Shown here piece after piece: positions 24,076 to 32,347 of a DNA stretch of 37,672 nt. Position 1 is the first letter of the stretch. Every line of letters starts with the position of its first letter. This DNA comes from a virus. The stretch covers positions 1 to 37,672 of the IMG/VR virus record IMGVR_UViG_3300043015_000381. One strand, given 5' to 3'. A program made the position numbers and the translations under genes. The notes beneath the pieces were generated by a model, which was not told the origin of the DNA, did not search any database, and saw only the letters and a list, made by a program, of their open reading frames with translations.

Positions 24076-25355
24076 TGAGTATTACTAGTCTATTGGGACT
24101 GGGTGGTTTAGCAGCATCTGCCTACCTACCGTACTCAGAAGCAGGGAGCCAGATTGACTACCTTAAAAATCAGGTTCCCGGCTATGTATCCCAAGCGGAG
24201 GATATCACTAATAGGGCTGTACAGGAAGCTCAGTTTAGCCCCTTCACTGTCCGTACAGGTACGGGAGGCACAGCCTCAGTAGGCGCTGGTGGAGGTCTAA
24301 CGACTACGCTTGGTGCTGAAGAGCAGGCATTGCAGTCAGGGCTTCTAGGAGGCGCACAGAGCGCTCTTGGTGGTCTAGGTGGTGTGGATACATCAGGTAT
24401 TCAGCAGCAGGCTCTAGGAGGCGTCTCTGGCGCTCTCAGCCAGCAGGTTGACCCTTCTATTGCAGCTCAGCAGGCTACAATGGCTAACCTGTTTAATCAG
24501 CAGGCTGGTACTGTAGGCGGTTACTCTAGCGCCCTAAGTGGTCTAACATCACAGGCCCTGTCAGGAGCGCAGCAGGCTCTAGGTGCTCAGACTCCTACAG
24601 CTTCTAGTTTGTTCCAGCAGATGCAAATGGCTCAATCGCCTGAACAGGAACGTCAGCGTCTAGCTCTAGAGAACCGTCTAGCAGCGCAGGGTCGTCTTGG
24701 TGTGCAGACCGCCGCTTATGGTGGTACGCCAGAACAGCTTGCAATGGAAAAGGCTATTCAAGAACAACAGTCAAGCAACTTCCTCAATGCTACTACTCTT
24801 GCAGATCAGCTAGCTTCATCTCAGCAGGCACGTGCAGCTCAGTTGGGCTCACTAGGTACTTCCGGTCTTGGTGCTATGCAGGGCATGACAGCCAATGACA
24901 TTAACCAGTTGCAGGCTCTACAGCAAGGTAACATTGGTGCTACATCAGCACAGCAGCAACTACAGCAAGGTAATGTAAACCTTGGTTCAAGTCTGTTCGG
25001 TCTTGGCTCAGCAGCCTCTATGTTGCCTACGCAGTACGATGCAGCTCAGCTTGCTAATCTGGGTACAATGCTTGGTCAGGCTTACATGCCTCAACAGCAG
25101 CAACTTGCAGCGCTTGGTGCAGCTAGTCCATTCAGTCAGCTCGCTACTTCAGCAGCTCTGTCTCGTGCAGAACAGCTTAGCTCTGGTGGTCAGTATGGTC
25201 TTGAAGCTCTCGCAGCAGGTAATCAGTCTATTGCTGGTCTTGAGTCTGCTCGTGTTAATGCTCTGGCAAACACTCTGTCAGGCTTGTTCACGGCTACAGG
25301 GGCTTCAGAGAAGTCTCCATTTGAAACACTCGTAGAACAGCTAACAGGAGGCTAA
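24075..25355 (+). CDS. Q/A/G/L-rich low-complexity protein; putative internal virion (ejection) protein
   Basis: 426 aa. The call rests on composition and its position before two large proteins. Confidence 0.45.
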   Translation: MSITSLLGLGGLAASAYLPYSEAGSQIDYLKNQVPGYVSQAEDITNRAVQEAQFSPFTVRTGTGGTASVGAGGGLTTTLGAEEQALQSGLLGGAQSALGGLGGVDTSGIQQQALGGVSGALSQQVDPSIAAQQATMANLFNQQAGTVGGYSSALSGLTSQALSGAQQALGAQTPTASSLFQQMQMAQSPEQERQRLALENRLAAQGRLGVQTAAYGGTPEQLAMEKAIQEQQSSNFLNATTLADQLASSQQARAAQLGSLGTSGLGAMQGMTANDINQLQALQQGNIGATSAQQQLQQGNVNLGSSLFGLGSAASMLPTQYDAAQLANLGTMLGQAYMPQQQQLAALGAASPFSQLATSAALSRAEQLSSGGQYGLEALAAGNQSIAGLESARVNALANTLSGLFTATGASEKSPFETLVEQLTGG

Positions 25356-25356
25356 T

Positions 25357-26934
25357 ATGGCAGGTACAGTACAGTCACTGTTTGGTGATATGTTTAAAAC
25401 CCCTGAACAGATACGCAGGGAACAGCAGGCAGCTTTGATGAACGAAGGTCGTCAGAGCGCTGGTATGCTGATGGCTGGTGGTGGTAGTGGTCTTGCACAA
25501 GCTATCAAAGGTCAGGCAGCTAATATTGCTCAGTACATCCCTAGTAGCGCAGATCAGCTTAAGCGAGGTGCTTTGCAGGCTGCTGGTCAGATTGCAGGTA
25601 TGCAGGGCAATGAAGAAGGTAAGCGTGCTCTTAATCTAGCGGCTATGAGCCCTGAAGAGCAAAGAGCTACACAGCTCCGTCAGGCTCTGAAGGGAGTAGA
25701 TATTCAAGATCAGGCCAGTGTAGATGCGGCAGTATCTAAACTGCAAGATATGGGAATGACTAGAGAGGCTATGGCGCTTACACAGCGTTCTGATGCTCTA
25801 CGTTCTCGTCAGCTTGAGAAGGATAAGTTTGAACAGTCTAAGAAGTACCAAGACTCAATGATTGAGCATCAGGGAAAACAGCTTGGCTTCCAGAAAGACC
25901 AGTGGAATGACCCTACAGCAGTAGCGACTCGTAAGACTGCATTGGATACAGCTAAGCAGACTCTTAGCTCTACTCGGTCTCAAGAGGCTGGCTTTGCTGA
26001 GATTGCTGGTAATCCATCAGCCCTTAAAGGTCTTGGATTTACTAACGAGCAAGTACAAGCTATGGCAGACAGTGAAAACAAAGCTGGCTGGTATCCTATG
26101 ATTAAGGCTCGTATGGAAGCGCTGGATGCAGGCGGTACTGGTGATACGCTTGGTGGTATTGAGGGTGAGAAGGCTAACATTCTTGGTACAGCTATTGACA
26201 AGCTCAACTCTCTTGAAGAAGGTACTCCTGAATGGGATAAACAGAACCTTGTAGTTTCTCGTTTGGCTGAACAGTTCGGAGCTAACCAGACCTCTACTAT
26301 TGATGCACGTTCTAAGCTCAATGCTGAAAACGCTGGTGCAGCCTCTACTCAGAACTCTCGTATCAATCAGGTTGTAGACTTCATCAATAAGTATGGCGAC
26401 CAAATGAAAACAGGTCTGTCTGCTGATTTGCAAGACTTCTTTAGTAAGACTTTTGGTACTCAGAGCCCTGAACAGCTAGTACGCACACAGATTCAAGGTA
26501 TCATAAACAGTAACATTATCAATGACTTGCCACCTGGAGTTGCTTCAGATAAAGACGTTGAATTGGTACTGAAAGGGGCTCTACCAGCCAATGCTAGCCC
26601 TGAACAGCTAAAGCAGTACTTGAATGGTATTCGTCAGATTAACGAGTACAAGATTCAGGAACAGGCTCGCTACTCTGCATACGTTAAAGATGCTCGTAAC
26701 CAGATCAACCCTTATGGCTATGATGACTTCCGACAGACTAAGATGATGGAAGAGCGTAAGCAGGACTTAATTGCTCGTGGTTATCCTGCTGCGGCTGAGA
26801 AGCCTGAGAACTTGACAGGCTCTGGTTACTTTGATTTCCTTCAGAAAGTAAAACCTAAGTATAGCACTGTAGAAGATGTTGAAACTTATGTATCTGGTTC
26901 TAAGTCTGAACGTGACAAACTAATGGGACGTTAA
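25357..26934 (+). CDS. Putative internal virion protein, 525 aa
   Basis: Position and size only. Confidence 0.4.
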   Translation: MAGTVQSLFGDMFKTPEQIRREQQAALMNEGRQSAGMLMAGGGSGLAQAIKGQAANIAQYIPSSADQLKRGALQAAGQIAGMQGNEEGKRALNLAAMSPEEQRATQLRQALKGVDIQDQASVDAAVSKLQDMGMTREAMALTQRSDALRSRQLEKDKFEQSKKYQDSMIEHQGKQLGFQKDQWNDPTAVATRKTALDTAKQTLSSTRSQEAGFAEIAGNPSALKGLGFTNEQVQAMADSENKAGWYPMIKARMEALDAGGTGDTLGGIEGEKANILGTAIDKLNSLEEGTPEWDKQNLVVSRLAEQFGANQTSTIDARSKLNAENAGAASTQNSRINQVVDFINKYGDQMKTGLSADLQDFFSKTFGTQSPEQLVRTQIQGIINSNIINDLPPGVASDKDVELVLKGALPANASPEQLKQYLNGIRQINEYKIQEQARYSAYVKDARNQINPYGYDDFRQTKMMEERKQDLIARGYPAAAEKPENLTGSGYFDFLQKVKPKYSTVEDVETYVSGSKSERDKLMGR

Positions 26935-26935
26935 T

Positions 26936-29299
26936 ATGAGTCAAGAAACTCTAAACGCTCTTGATAAAATGGCTGAGCAGACTGAGAAGAAACTCCTGTC
27001 TGCTAAGTCTAATCTTGAGAAACAACAGCTACAGGCTGAGCTAGAAGCTACATTGGCTGATATGCGTGAAGTTAAGACTAAGATGGATGCGCCTCCCATG
27101 GAGAAGATTGCATCTAGTCCTGTAGGTCAGGCTAGTCAGTCTCTGATGGACACTGTTACTGAGACAGCTCCAGAGGTCTTTCAGGATGTAAACACAGCGA
27201 CAGCTAGGACCATTTCAGGTTTTCTGTCAGCGCCTTACGAGCTGCCTTCTTTTGCTCTGGAGGGCGTCACTGCCATACCACGCTCATTAGGCTTTGATGT
27301 TCCAAACCCAATGCCTCAAGGGGCTGGTTATCAGACTATCTTGGACTTCGTAGGCGCTAACCGTCCATACAACAATGAGACATTTGGAGCTATGGCTGAG
27401 AATGTTTCAGAGTCTGCTATGGTGTCTGCACCTGTCTTTGCAATAAACCCTATTGCTGGCGCTGGTGTATTCATGGAAGAAATGATGCGTACATCTATGG
27501 CTGATGCAGCTCGTGTATACATCAATGACCCAACGACAGGTAACTTCGTAGCCAATGCCATTGAGATGACTCCACTAAGTCCTACTCAGATTGCAATGTT
27601 TAAGAAGCAGCCTCTAGACCCTGTACAGGCTCAGAAGCAAGCTGATAAGCAAGCTCAGAAGGCTCGTGAGCAAGGCAGCGCTAACCAGCGGGCTATTGAT
27701 GAAATGACAGCTATGCAGGCTAAGGCTTCAGAGTATGGTATTACGCTTACTCGTGGCGAAGGTACTGGTGATCGTGTCACTATGGCAATTGAGAACAGTC
27801 TACAACGCAGTCCCGAAGGCGGTGTATTGGTGGATGTTCAGCAAGGCACAGCTAACCGCTTCATGTCTTGGATGCAACGTAGCTTCAGAGTAGGTGAGAA
27901 TGGTATGTCTCCTGAACGTCAGCGTGCAGTTATTACAGGTCTGCATGAGGGCTATCAGAAGTCAGAGCTAGCTAAGTTCAATGCACGTAAGGAGGCTATC
28001 TTTAAGGATATTCCAACTAACGCTACATTCAATGCACAGCCTATCTTAGACGTAATCTCAGACCTTGAGAAGCAGTTTAACCTCGTAGGCGACGGCATCA
28101 ACGTAGACACCTTTACAGACGCTCAGAAGGGCTTACGTAGCGGTCTACAGCGTATCCGTGAGTCTATCAGTGCTGAAGGCTCTAAGCAGGTCTTTGACCC
28201 TGCTACACAGTCCTTTAAAGAAGTACCTGATGGTAACTTTACAGCGAAAGATATCAGTGCTTCTGAGCTACAGACTTTGATGGCTGATATTGGTCGTGCT
28301 ACCTTCAAAGGAGACAACCCAGCCTTTGGCGGCGCTCCAAGAAACATGACTCAGACTATTGGCAGGGCTCTTGGAGGTTCTCTGAATGATCTGATGAAGC
28401 AAGCAGCAGACACTAACCCAGACTTAGCTAAGCTAGTTAATGCTCGTAATGAGTTTAAGCTATTGTTAGATGATGCTTCAGCGGCTAGTCAGCTACCATT
28501 TATGAAGCTGTTTGATAAACCTCTTGACATTACTAATCCTAATATCGTAGCAGACAGTCTACTGGACTTGCCTGTAGAGGTTGCAGATAACGGTAAGATT
28601 AAGATGGGTAGTCAGGGCTTGGCTATGTCACTAATTCAGGACTATGCACCTGAGATGTTACCAGTGATTCGCCAGAGGGCTTTAGAGCGTGTCTTTGAGA
28701 ACGCTATGAAGGACAAACCAGTTCTAGGTAGTTCTGGTAAGCAGTTTGATGTAGGATACGATAGCTACAAATTGAAGCAGGGCTTGGAAGGGCTTGAGAC
28801 TAATCTGTTCTTTGCAGATCTAAATGGTAAGAGAGCTTTCAACGAGTATAAGAACAACCTAGAACCTATCATGGCTCGTGTGTCTGCTCGTGAGCTTGAT
28901 GTATCTAACGTGCCTCCTGAAGCATTAGCTGAGAAGATAGCTCGTGTGGTTACAGAGATCTCTGGTGTAGTTGGCGGTACTCCTGCACGATACACTGCAC
29001 AGGTCGGTGAACGTATCACAGAGACTGTATCTGATATGATGCGTGACCCTCGTGCTCTAGCCCAGCTTGCAGTGTCTCCTTACACCCCTACGATTGTCCG
29101 TAAAGCTATTGAAGGTAAGACTCTGAAGCCTGAAGAGCTTAAGAAGCTAGGTGCTCTTATGGATGCTCACCGTATCCGTCTTGCTCAAGATCTTGGTCAG
29201 ATGACTACAGAGAATGAGGAATGGAAAGCAGAGCAAGAGGCTAAACAGGCTGCACAGATGCAAACATTGCAACAGTCTGCACAGCCTATGCCACAATAA
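26936..29299 (+). CDS. Putative internal virion protein, 787 aa; last gene of the plus arm
   Basis: Position and size only. I recognised no lytic transglycosylase or polymerase motifs. Confidence 0.4.
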   Translation: MSQETLNALDKMAEQTEKKLLSAKSNLEKQQLQAELEATLADMREVKTKMDAPPMEKIASSPVGQASQSLMDTVTETAPEVFQDVNTATARTISGFLSAPYELPSFALEGVTAIPRSLGFDVPNPMPQGAGYQTILDFVGANRPYNNETFGAMAENVSESAMVSAPVFAINPIAGAGVFMEEMMRTSMADAARVYINDPTTGNFVANAIEMTPLSPTQIAMFKKQPLDPVQAQKQADKQAQKAREQGSANQRAIDEMTAMQAKASEYGITLTRGEGTGDRVTMAIENSLQRSPEGGVLVDVQQGTANRFMSWMQRSFRVGENGMSPERQRAVITGLHEGYQKSELAKFNARKEAIFKDIPTNATFNAQPILDVISDLEKQFNLVGDGINVDTFTDAQKGLRSGLQRIRESISAEGSKQVFDPATQSFKEVPDGNFTAKDISASELQTLMADIGRATFKGDNPAFGGAPRNMTQTIGRALGGSLNDLMKQAADTNPDLAKLVNARNEFKLLLDDASAASQLPFMKLFDKPLDITNPNIVADSLLDLPVEVADNGKIKMGSQGLAMSLIQDYAPEMLPVIRQRALERVFENAMKDKPVLGSSGKQFDVGYDSYKLKQGLEGLETNLFFADLNGKRAFNEYKNNLEPIMARVSARELDVSNVPPEALAEKIARVVTEISGVVGGTPARYTAQVGERITETVSDMMRDPRALAQLAVSPYTPTIVRKAIEGKTLKPEELKKLGALMDAHRIRLAQDLGQMTTENEEWKAEQEAKQAAQMQTLQQSAQPMPQ

Positions 29300-29337
29300 A
29301 AAAGCCCCTGTAGGGCTCCGAAGAACTCTACAGGGGC
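29298..29337 (-). terminator. Hairpin terminator at the convergence of the two arms
   Basis: GCCCCTGTAG (29304-29313) pairs with CTACAGGGGC (29328-29337). The run of six U lies on the minus-strand transcript side (plus-strand A-run 29298-29303). Confidence 0.7.
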
Positions 29338-29348
29338 AAAGCTTCAAG

Positions 29349-29537
29349 TCAAACGAAGCGGCCTACAATAATCTTTATAAACGGTAAGCAAATAACTATA
29401 CCGTTAAACATTCCAACATTAGGGTCATCCTCATAAGGGTCTTGACCTTCTTCCCATACCCATAGCGGTAGAGTGTCTACCAAGTCTATGTCAAAGCCGA
29501 AGCCATTACGCAGCATTACTTGTGTGAACATCTTCAT
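29349..29537 (-). CDS. Hypothetical protein, 62 aa; last gene of the minus arm
   Basis: ORF overlapping the nrdB 3' end by 32 nt. Hydrophobic C-terminus. Confidence 0.4.
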   Translation of the reverse strand: MKMFTQVMLRNGFGFDIDLVDTLPLWVWEEGQDPYEDDPNVGMFNGIVICLPFIKIIVGRFV

Positions 29538-30486
29538 CGCCCCACCATTCGCCTACCAATGTACCAGCACTGTAGTCAGTGACGGTTCCTTCAAAGAAGT
29601 TCTTAAAGCTATCCCCATTGATGATCCAATCTAGCCAATCTAGTGGGTTCTCTTTGACCTTCCAGTTAGCCTTTAATCCAAGCTGAATTAGTCGTCTGTC
29701 TGCGATGTAGCGGATGTACTGTTTGACTTCTTTAGCAGTAAGACCTTCCACATCTCCCAACTCAAACGCAATGTCAATAACTTTGTCTTCAAGCTTAACA
29801 GCATCACGGAACATCTGGTATATGTTAGCTTTAAACTCGTCTGTAACAATGCGAGGATGCTCATCACAGAATGTCCTAAATAGCTTAGCCATTCCGTCAC
29901 AGTGCATAGACTCATCTCGTATACTCCATTCTACAATCTCACACATGCCTTTCATCTTGCCAAAGCGCTGATAGTTCAGCAACATTGCAAAGGCACTAAA
30001 TAGGCTCATACCCTCGTTCAGTACGCTACGTGCTACTGCAAGTCCCAATCCAGACACACTGTTGGTATCTAGGTCAGCCATAAAGTCTAGTTTGTCCTGC
30101 ATAGCCTGTACTTCTGTAAAGGCACTGAACTCCTCTTCAGGCAATCCTAGCGTGTCATTAAGTAGAGCATAACTGCGCTGATGAACAAATTCACGGTTGA
30201 CAAAGCTAGACAGCATTGCACGTATCTCGTTGTTCTTGAACTTAGGGAGATAATTCTCAATGTAGTTCGTTCCAACAGCAACGTCTGTCTGAGTAAAAAG
30301 TCTAAGGATTTGCGTGATATGGTTCTTCTCTGTATCTGACAGCTTTCCAGACTTCCATTGGGTAACATCATCCTGAAGCTTTGCCTCCCATTCCCCCCAA
30401 TGAATACGCTCATGGTCTATGGCGTAGTTCACTGCCCAAGAATACTTAAATGGTTTGTAGGCTGTATTTTGTTCTGTTAGGCTCAT
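29506..30486 (-). CDS. nrdB: Ribonucleotide reductase small subunit (class I beta)
   Basis: Di-iron/tyrosyl R2 pattern (LFTQTDVAVG, SSFVNREFVHQRSYALL, SIRDESMH). Preferred start is the ATG at 30486, with GGAGG upstream, 1 nt after the upstream stop. Confidence 0.85.
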   Translation of the reverse strand: MSLTEQNTAYKPFKYSWAVNYAIDHERIHWGEWEAKLQDDVTQWKSGKLSDTEKNHITQILRLFTQTDVAVGTNYIENYLPKFKNNEIRAMLSSFVNREFVHQRSYALLNDTLGLPEEEFSAFTEVQAMQDKLDFMADLDTNSVSGLGLAVARSVLNEGMSLFSAFAMLLNYQRFGKMKGMCEIVEWSIRDESMHCDGMAKLFRTFCDEHPRIVTDEFKANIYQMFRDAVKLEDKVIDIAFELGDVEGLTAKEVKQYIRYIADRRLIQLGLKANWKVKENPLDWLDWIINGDSFKNFFEGTVTDYSAGTLVGEWWGDEDVHTSNAA

Positions 30487-30487
30487 G

Positions 30488-30670
30488 TTAGTGGACACCT
30501 CCGACATCTAAATCATAATCTTCTGCGGCATACTTTAGCATACCTTGTTTGACCAATTCCAGCACTCCAACGCCCTCTACAATCGTTAGACCGTCTAGAG
30601 CCTTCAATACGTTCTGTGCCGCCTGTTGAGCTAAGCTGTGCCTAGCTAGCATCTCTTTTGTTACGTCCAT
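30488..30670 (-). CDS. Hypothetical protein, 60 aa
   Basis: The internal ATG has a TGGAG RBS. The ORF-track start is 30688. Confidence 0.45.
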   Translation of the reverse strand: MDVTKEMLARHSLAQQAAQNVLKALDGLTIVEGVGVLELVKQGMLKYAAEDYDLDVGGVH

Positions 30671-30830
30671 AGTTACTCCAGTATCCATAGCCCCAACGAT
30701 GGCTAGGGTAAGTTCTCATTTGTCCAGAGCCTGTCTTGAACCTGTTACGGTTCTTATGGCAGACAATGTAGACAATTCTATTCCTTCGGCTCATGCTCTG
30801 GCGAAGTTTCCAGTATAGCTTGCTCATCAT
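30642..30830 (-). CDS. Possible very basic small protein, 62 aa, overlapping both neighbours
   Basis: AGAGG precedes the ATGATG. The ORF fills an otherwise 107-nt gap but overlaps the flanking genes by 53 and 29 nt. Confidence 0.3.
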   Translation of the reverse strand: MMSKLYWKLRQSMSRRNRIVYIVCHKNRNRFKTGSGQMRTYPSHRWGYGYWSNYGRNKRDAS

Positions 30831-30990
30831 TCCACCTCTTTAGAACACTCACAGGTGTTTCTCCTGTAGCACCAGCAACGATAGACCAGAGGATACCTTG
30901 CTCTACCATGACTCTGCGTTCATCTTCAGTAAGGTCGAAGGTGTACGTAGCACTACCATCTTCATGTTCTACTTCATCAATTACTTTCAT
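30778..30990 (-). CDS. Hypothetical acidic protein, 70 aa
   Basis: The start at the internal ATG has a GGGAG RBS and an ATGA overlap. Confidence 0.55.
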   Translation of the reverse strand: MKVIDEVEHEDGSATYTFDLTEDERRVMVEQGILWSIVAGATGETPVSVLKRWNDEQAILETSPEHEPKE

Positions 30991-31274
30991 CGCTGTCTCC
31001 CGCAATCCATCTTGTGTTTACCATAGACTGATCTACACTCAGCACAAATATCAAACTCTTGCATAAACCTCTGTGCGTTAGCTACGTCACGAGCATCAGC
31101 AGACATGCCTATGGCTATGAAGTCTTGTAAGTCTAGTATTCTTTCTTGGCTATCTAACATGCCTTCTCGGAAGCCAACCCTACCTCCTTCCTGCCACGCA
31201 TCCCTAGCAGCATCTTTAGGGTCTTTGTGAATCACCCCACCGCCTGAGATATTCCACCATTCTTCAAATGTCAT
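30987..31274 (-). CDS. Hypothetical protein, 95 aa (MTFEEW paralogue group; C-terminal CAEC...C)
   Basis: GGAG RBS. It shares the N-terminus MTFEEW with the 31527..31691 gene. Confidence 0.55.
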   Translation of the reverse strand: MTFEEWWNISGGGVIHKDPKDAARDAWQEGGRVGFREGMLDSQERILDLQDFIAIGMSADARDVANAQRFMQEFDICAECRSVYGKHKMDCGRQR

Positions 31275-31275
31275 C

Positions 31276-31527
31276 TTAGCTACTCCTAATAAGTTTCCAT
31301 GTGCGCTCTATACCTTCCTGTATACCAGCATTACGTATTACTTCAAGGTCAGTATCGTTATGCTCACGACCACGATTGTATCCAGACAACTCACCATCCT
31401 CCCAACCTTCACGCCATCCAGCAGTGTAGGCATCTATGAGCATAGACTCTAGGTCATACGCTTCTTGTGATAGATGTGGTGAACTGAGGTAGATGTCAGC
31501 CCACTCTCTTGCTTGTACAAGTTTCAT
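31276..31527 (-). CDS. Hypothetical protein, 83 aa (same motif family)
   Basis: The ATG at 31525-31527 follows GGAGG and overlaps the upstream TGA by 1 nt. Motif AYTAGWREGWEDG. Confidence 0.55.
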   Translation of the reverse strand: MKLVQAREWADIYLSSPHLSQEAYDLESMLIDAYTAGWREGWEDGELSGYNRGREHNDTDLEVIRNAGIQEGIERTWKLIRSS

Positions 31528-31691
31528 CACTCTTCCTCCAATGTAAGCTGTAGTTTATTGAGCGTATTAGCATTCTGCTTTAACGTCCATTTAACACCTT
31601 CGTCAAAGGCAGCTTCCCAATACTCTTCTGCTGTTCTATTGTCCATGTTGAACATATTAAAAAGGTCTTTAGCCCATTCTTCAAACGTCAT
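31527..31691 (-). CDS. Hypothetical protein, 54 aa (MTFEEW paralogue group)
   Basis: The internal ATG has a GGGAGG RBS. The longer ORF-track version would overlap thyX by 155 nt. Confidence 0.5.
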   Translation of the reverse strand: MTFEEWAKDLFNMFNMDNRTAEEYWEAAFDEGVKWTLKQNANTLNKLQLTLEEE

Positions 31692-32346
31692 TTTGTGCCT
31701 CCCAGTATCCATTGTCACGCATCTGCAATGCCTTCCATGACTCAGGGAACTCAGGGAAGATTGCATCGTGCAGTAGATGAGCAAACACCTTAGCTTCCTC
31801 CTGTGCTCCTTCACCAGAGCGTAGCTTGTATACATGATAGAATGCTAAGAGATTACCAGACCAGATGAAGTTCACCATCATGTTCTGCGGCAGTACCATA
31901 CGTGCCATCTCTGGTGCTACGTTGTCTGCTAGCATGTCACGGTACAGCGCAATAGACTCCTGTACGTGTTCATCTACGTATCGTTGCCACATAGGACTCT
32001 TATGATGGTGTTTACCACTACCTTGCTTTATAGAGTCATCAGGGCGTTGTCGCCACGCTGAAGGGACGTAGAACGATGGAGTATCGTCAACGTATCGTCT
32101 ACTCTCTTCATTCCACGTTAGACCTGCTTGGTGCTTCATAAGCTGTCTCGCCAGAAATAGAGGCACACGACAACGAAGCTGAATAAAATTGTGTCTAAAC
32201 GGAGTGTCATGTCTATGCTTGGCAAGGTATCTAATAAGCCGCTCATCATTGCCCGTCATCTCCTTGACTTCTTTATTGAAGCTTACTCGTGCAGAGTTGA
32301 CGACACTAAGGTCGCCACCTGCAAAGTCAATTAGTTCTACTTTCAT
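31681..32346 (-). CDS. thyX: FAD-dependent thymidylate synthase ThyX
   Basis: ThyX signature in the form KHQAGLTWNEESRRY, plus an upstream RHDTPFRH. 221 aa. Confidence 0.8.
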   Translation of the reverse strand: MKVELIDFAGGDLSVVNSARVSFNKEVKEMTGNDERLIRYLAKHRHDTPFRHNFIQLRCRVPLFLARQLMKHQAGLTWNEESRRYVDDTPSFYVPSAWRQRPDDSIKQGSGKHHHKSPMWQRYVDEHVQESIALYRDMLADNVAPEMARMVLPQNMMVNFIWSGNLLAFYHVYKLRSGEGAQEEAKVFAHLLHDAIFPEFPESWKALQMRDNGYWEAQNDV

Positions 32347-32347
32347 T

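Noticed and set aside
19197-29299. One of the large ORFs (831, 843 or 787 aa) being a single-subunit or virion RNA polymerase
   Set aside because: None shows the T7-like RNAP palm motifs. Their compositions (Ser/Ala repeats, Q/A-rich, fibre motifs) fit structural or ejection proteins.
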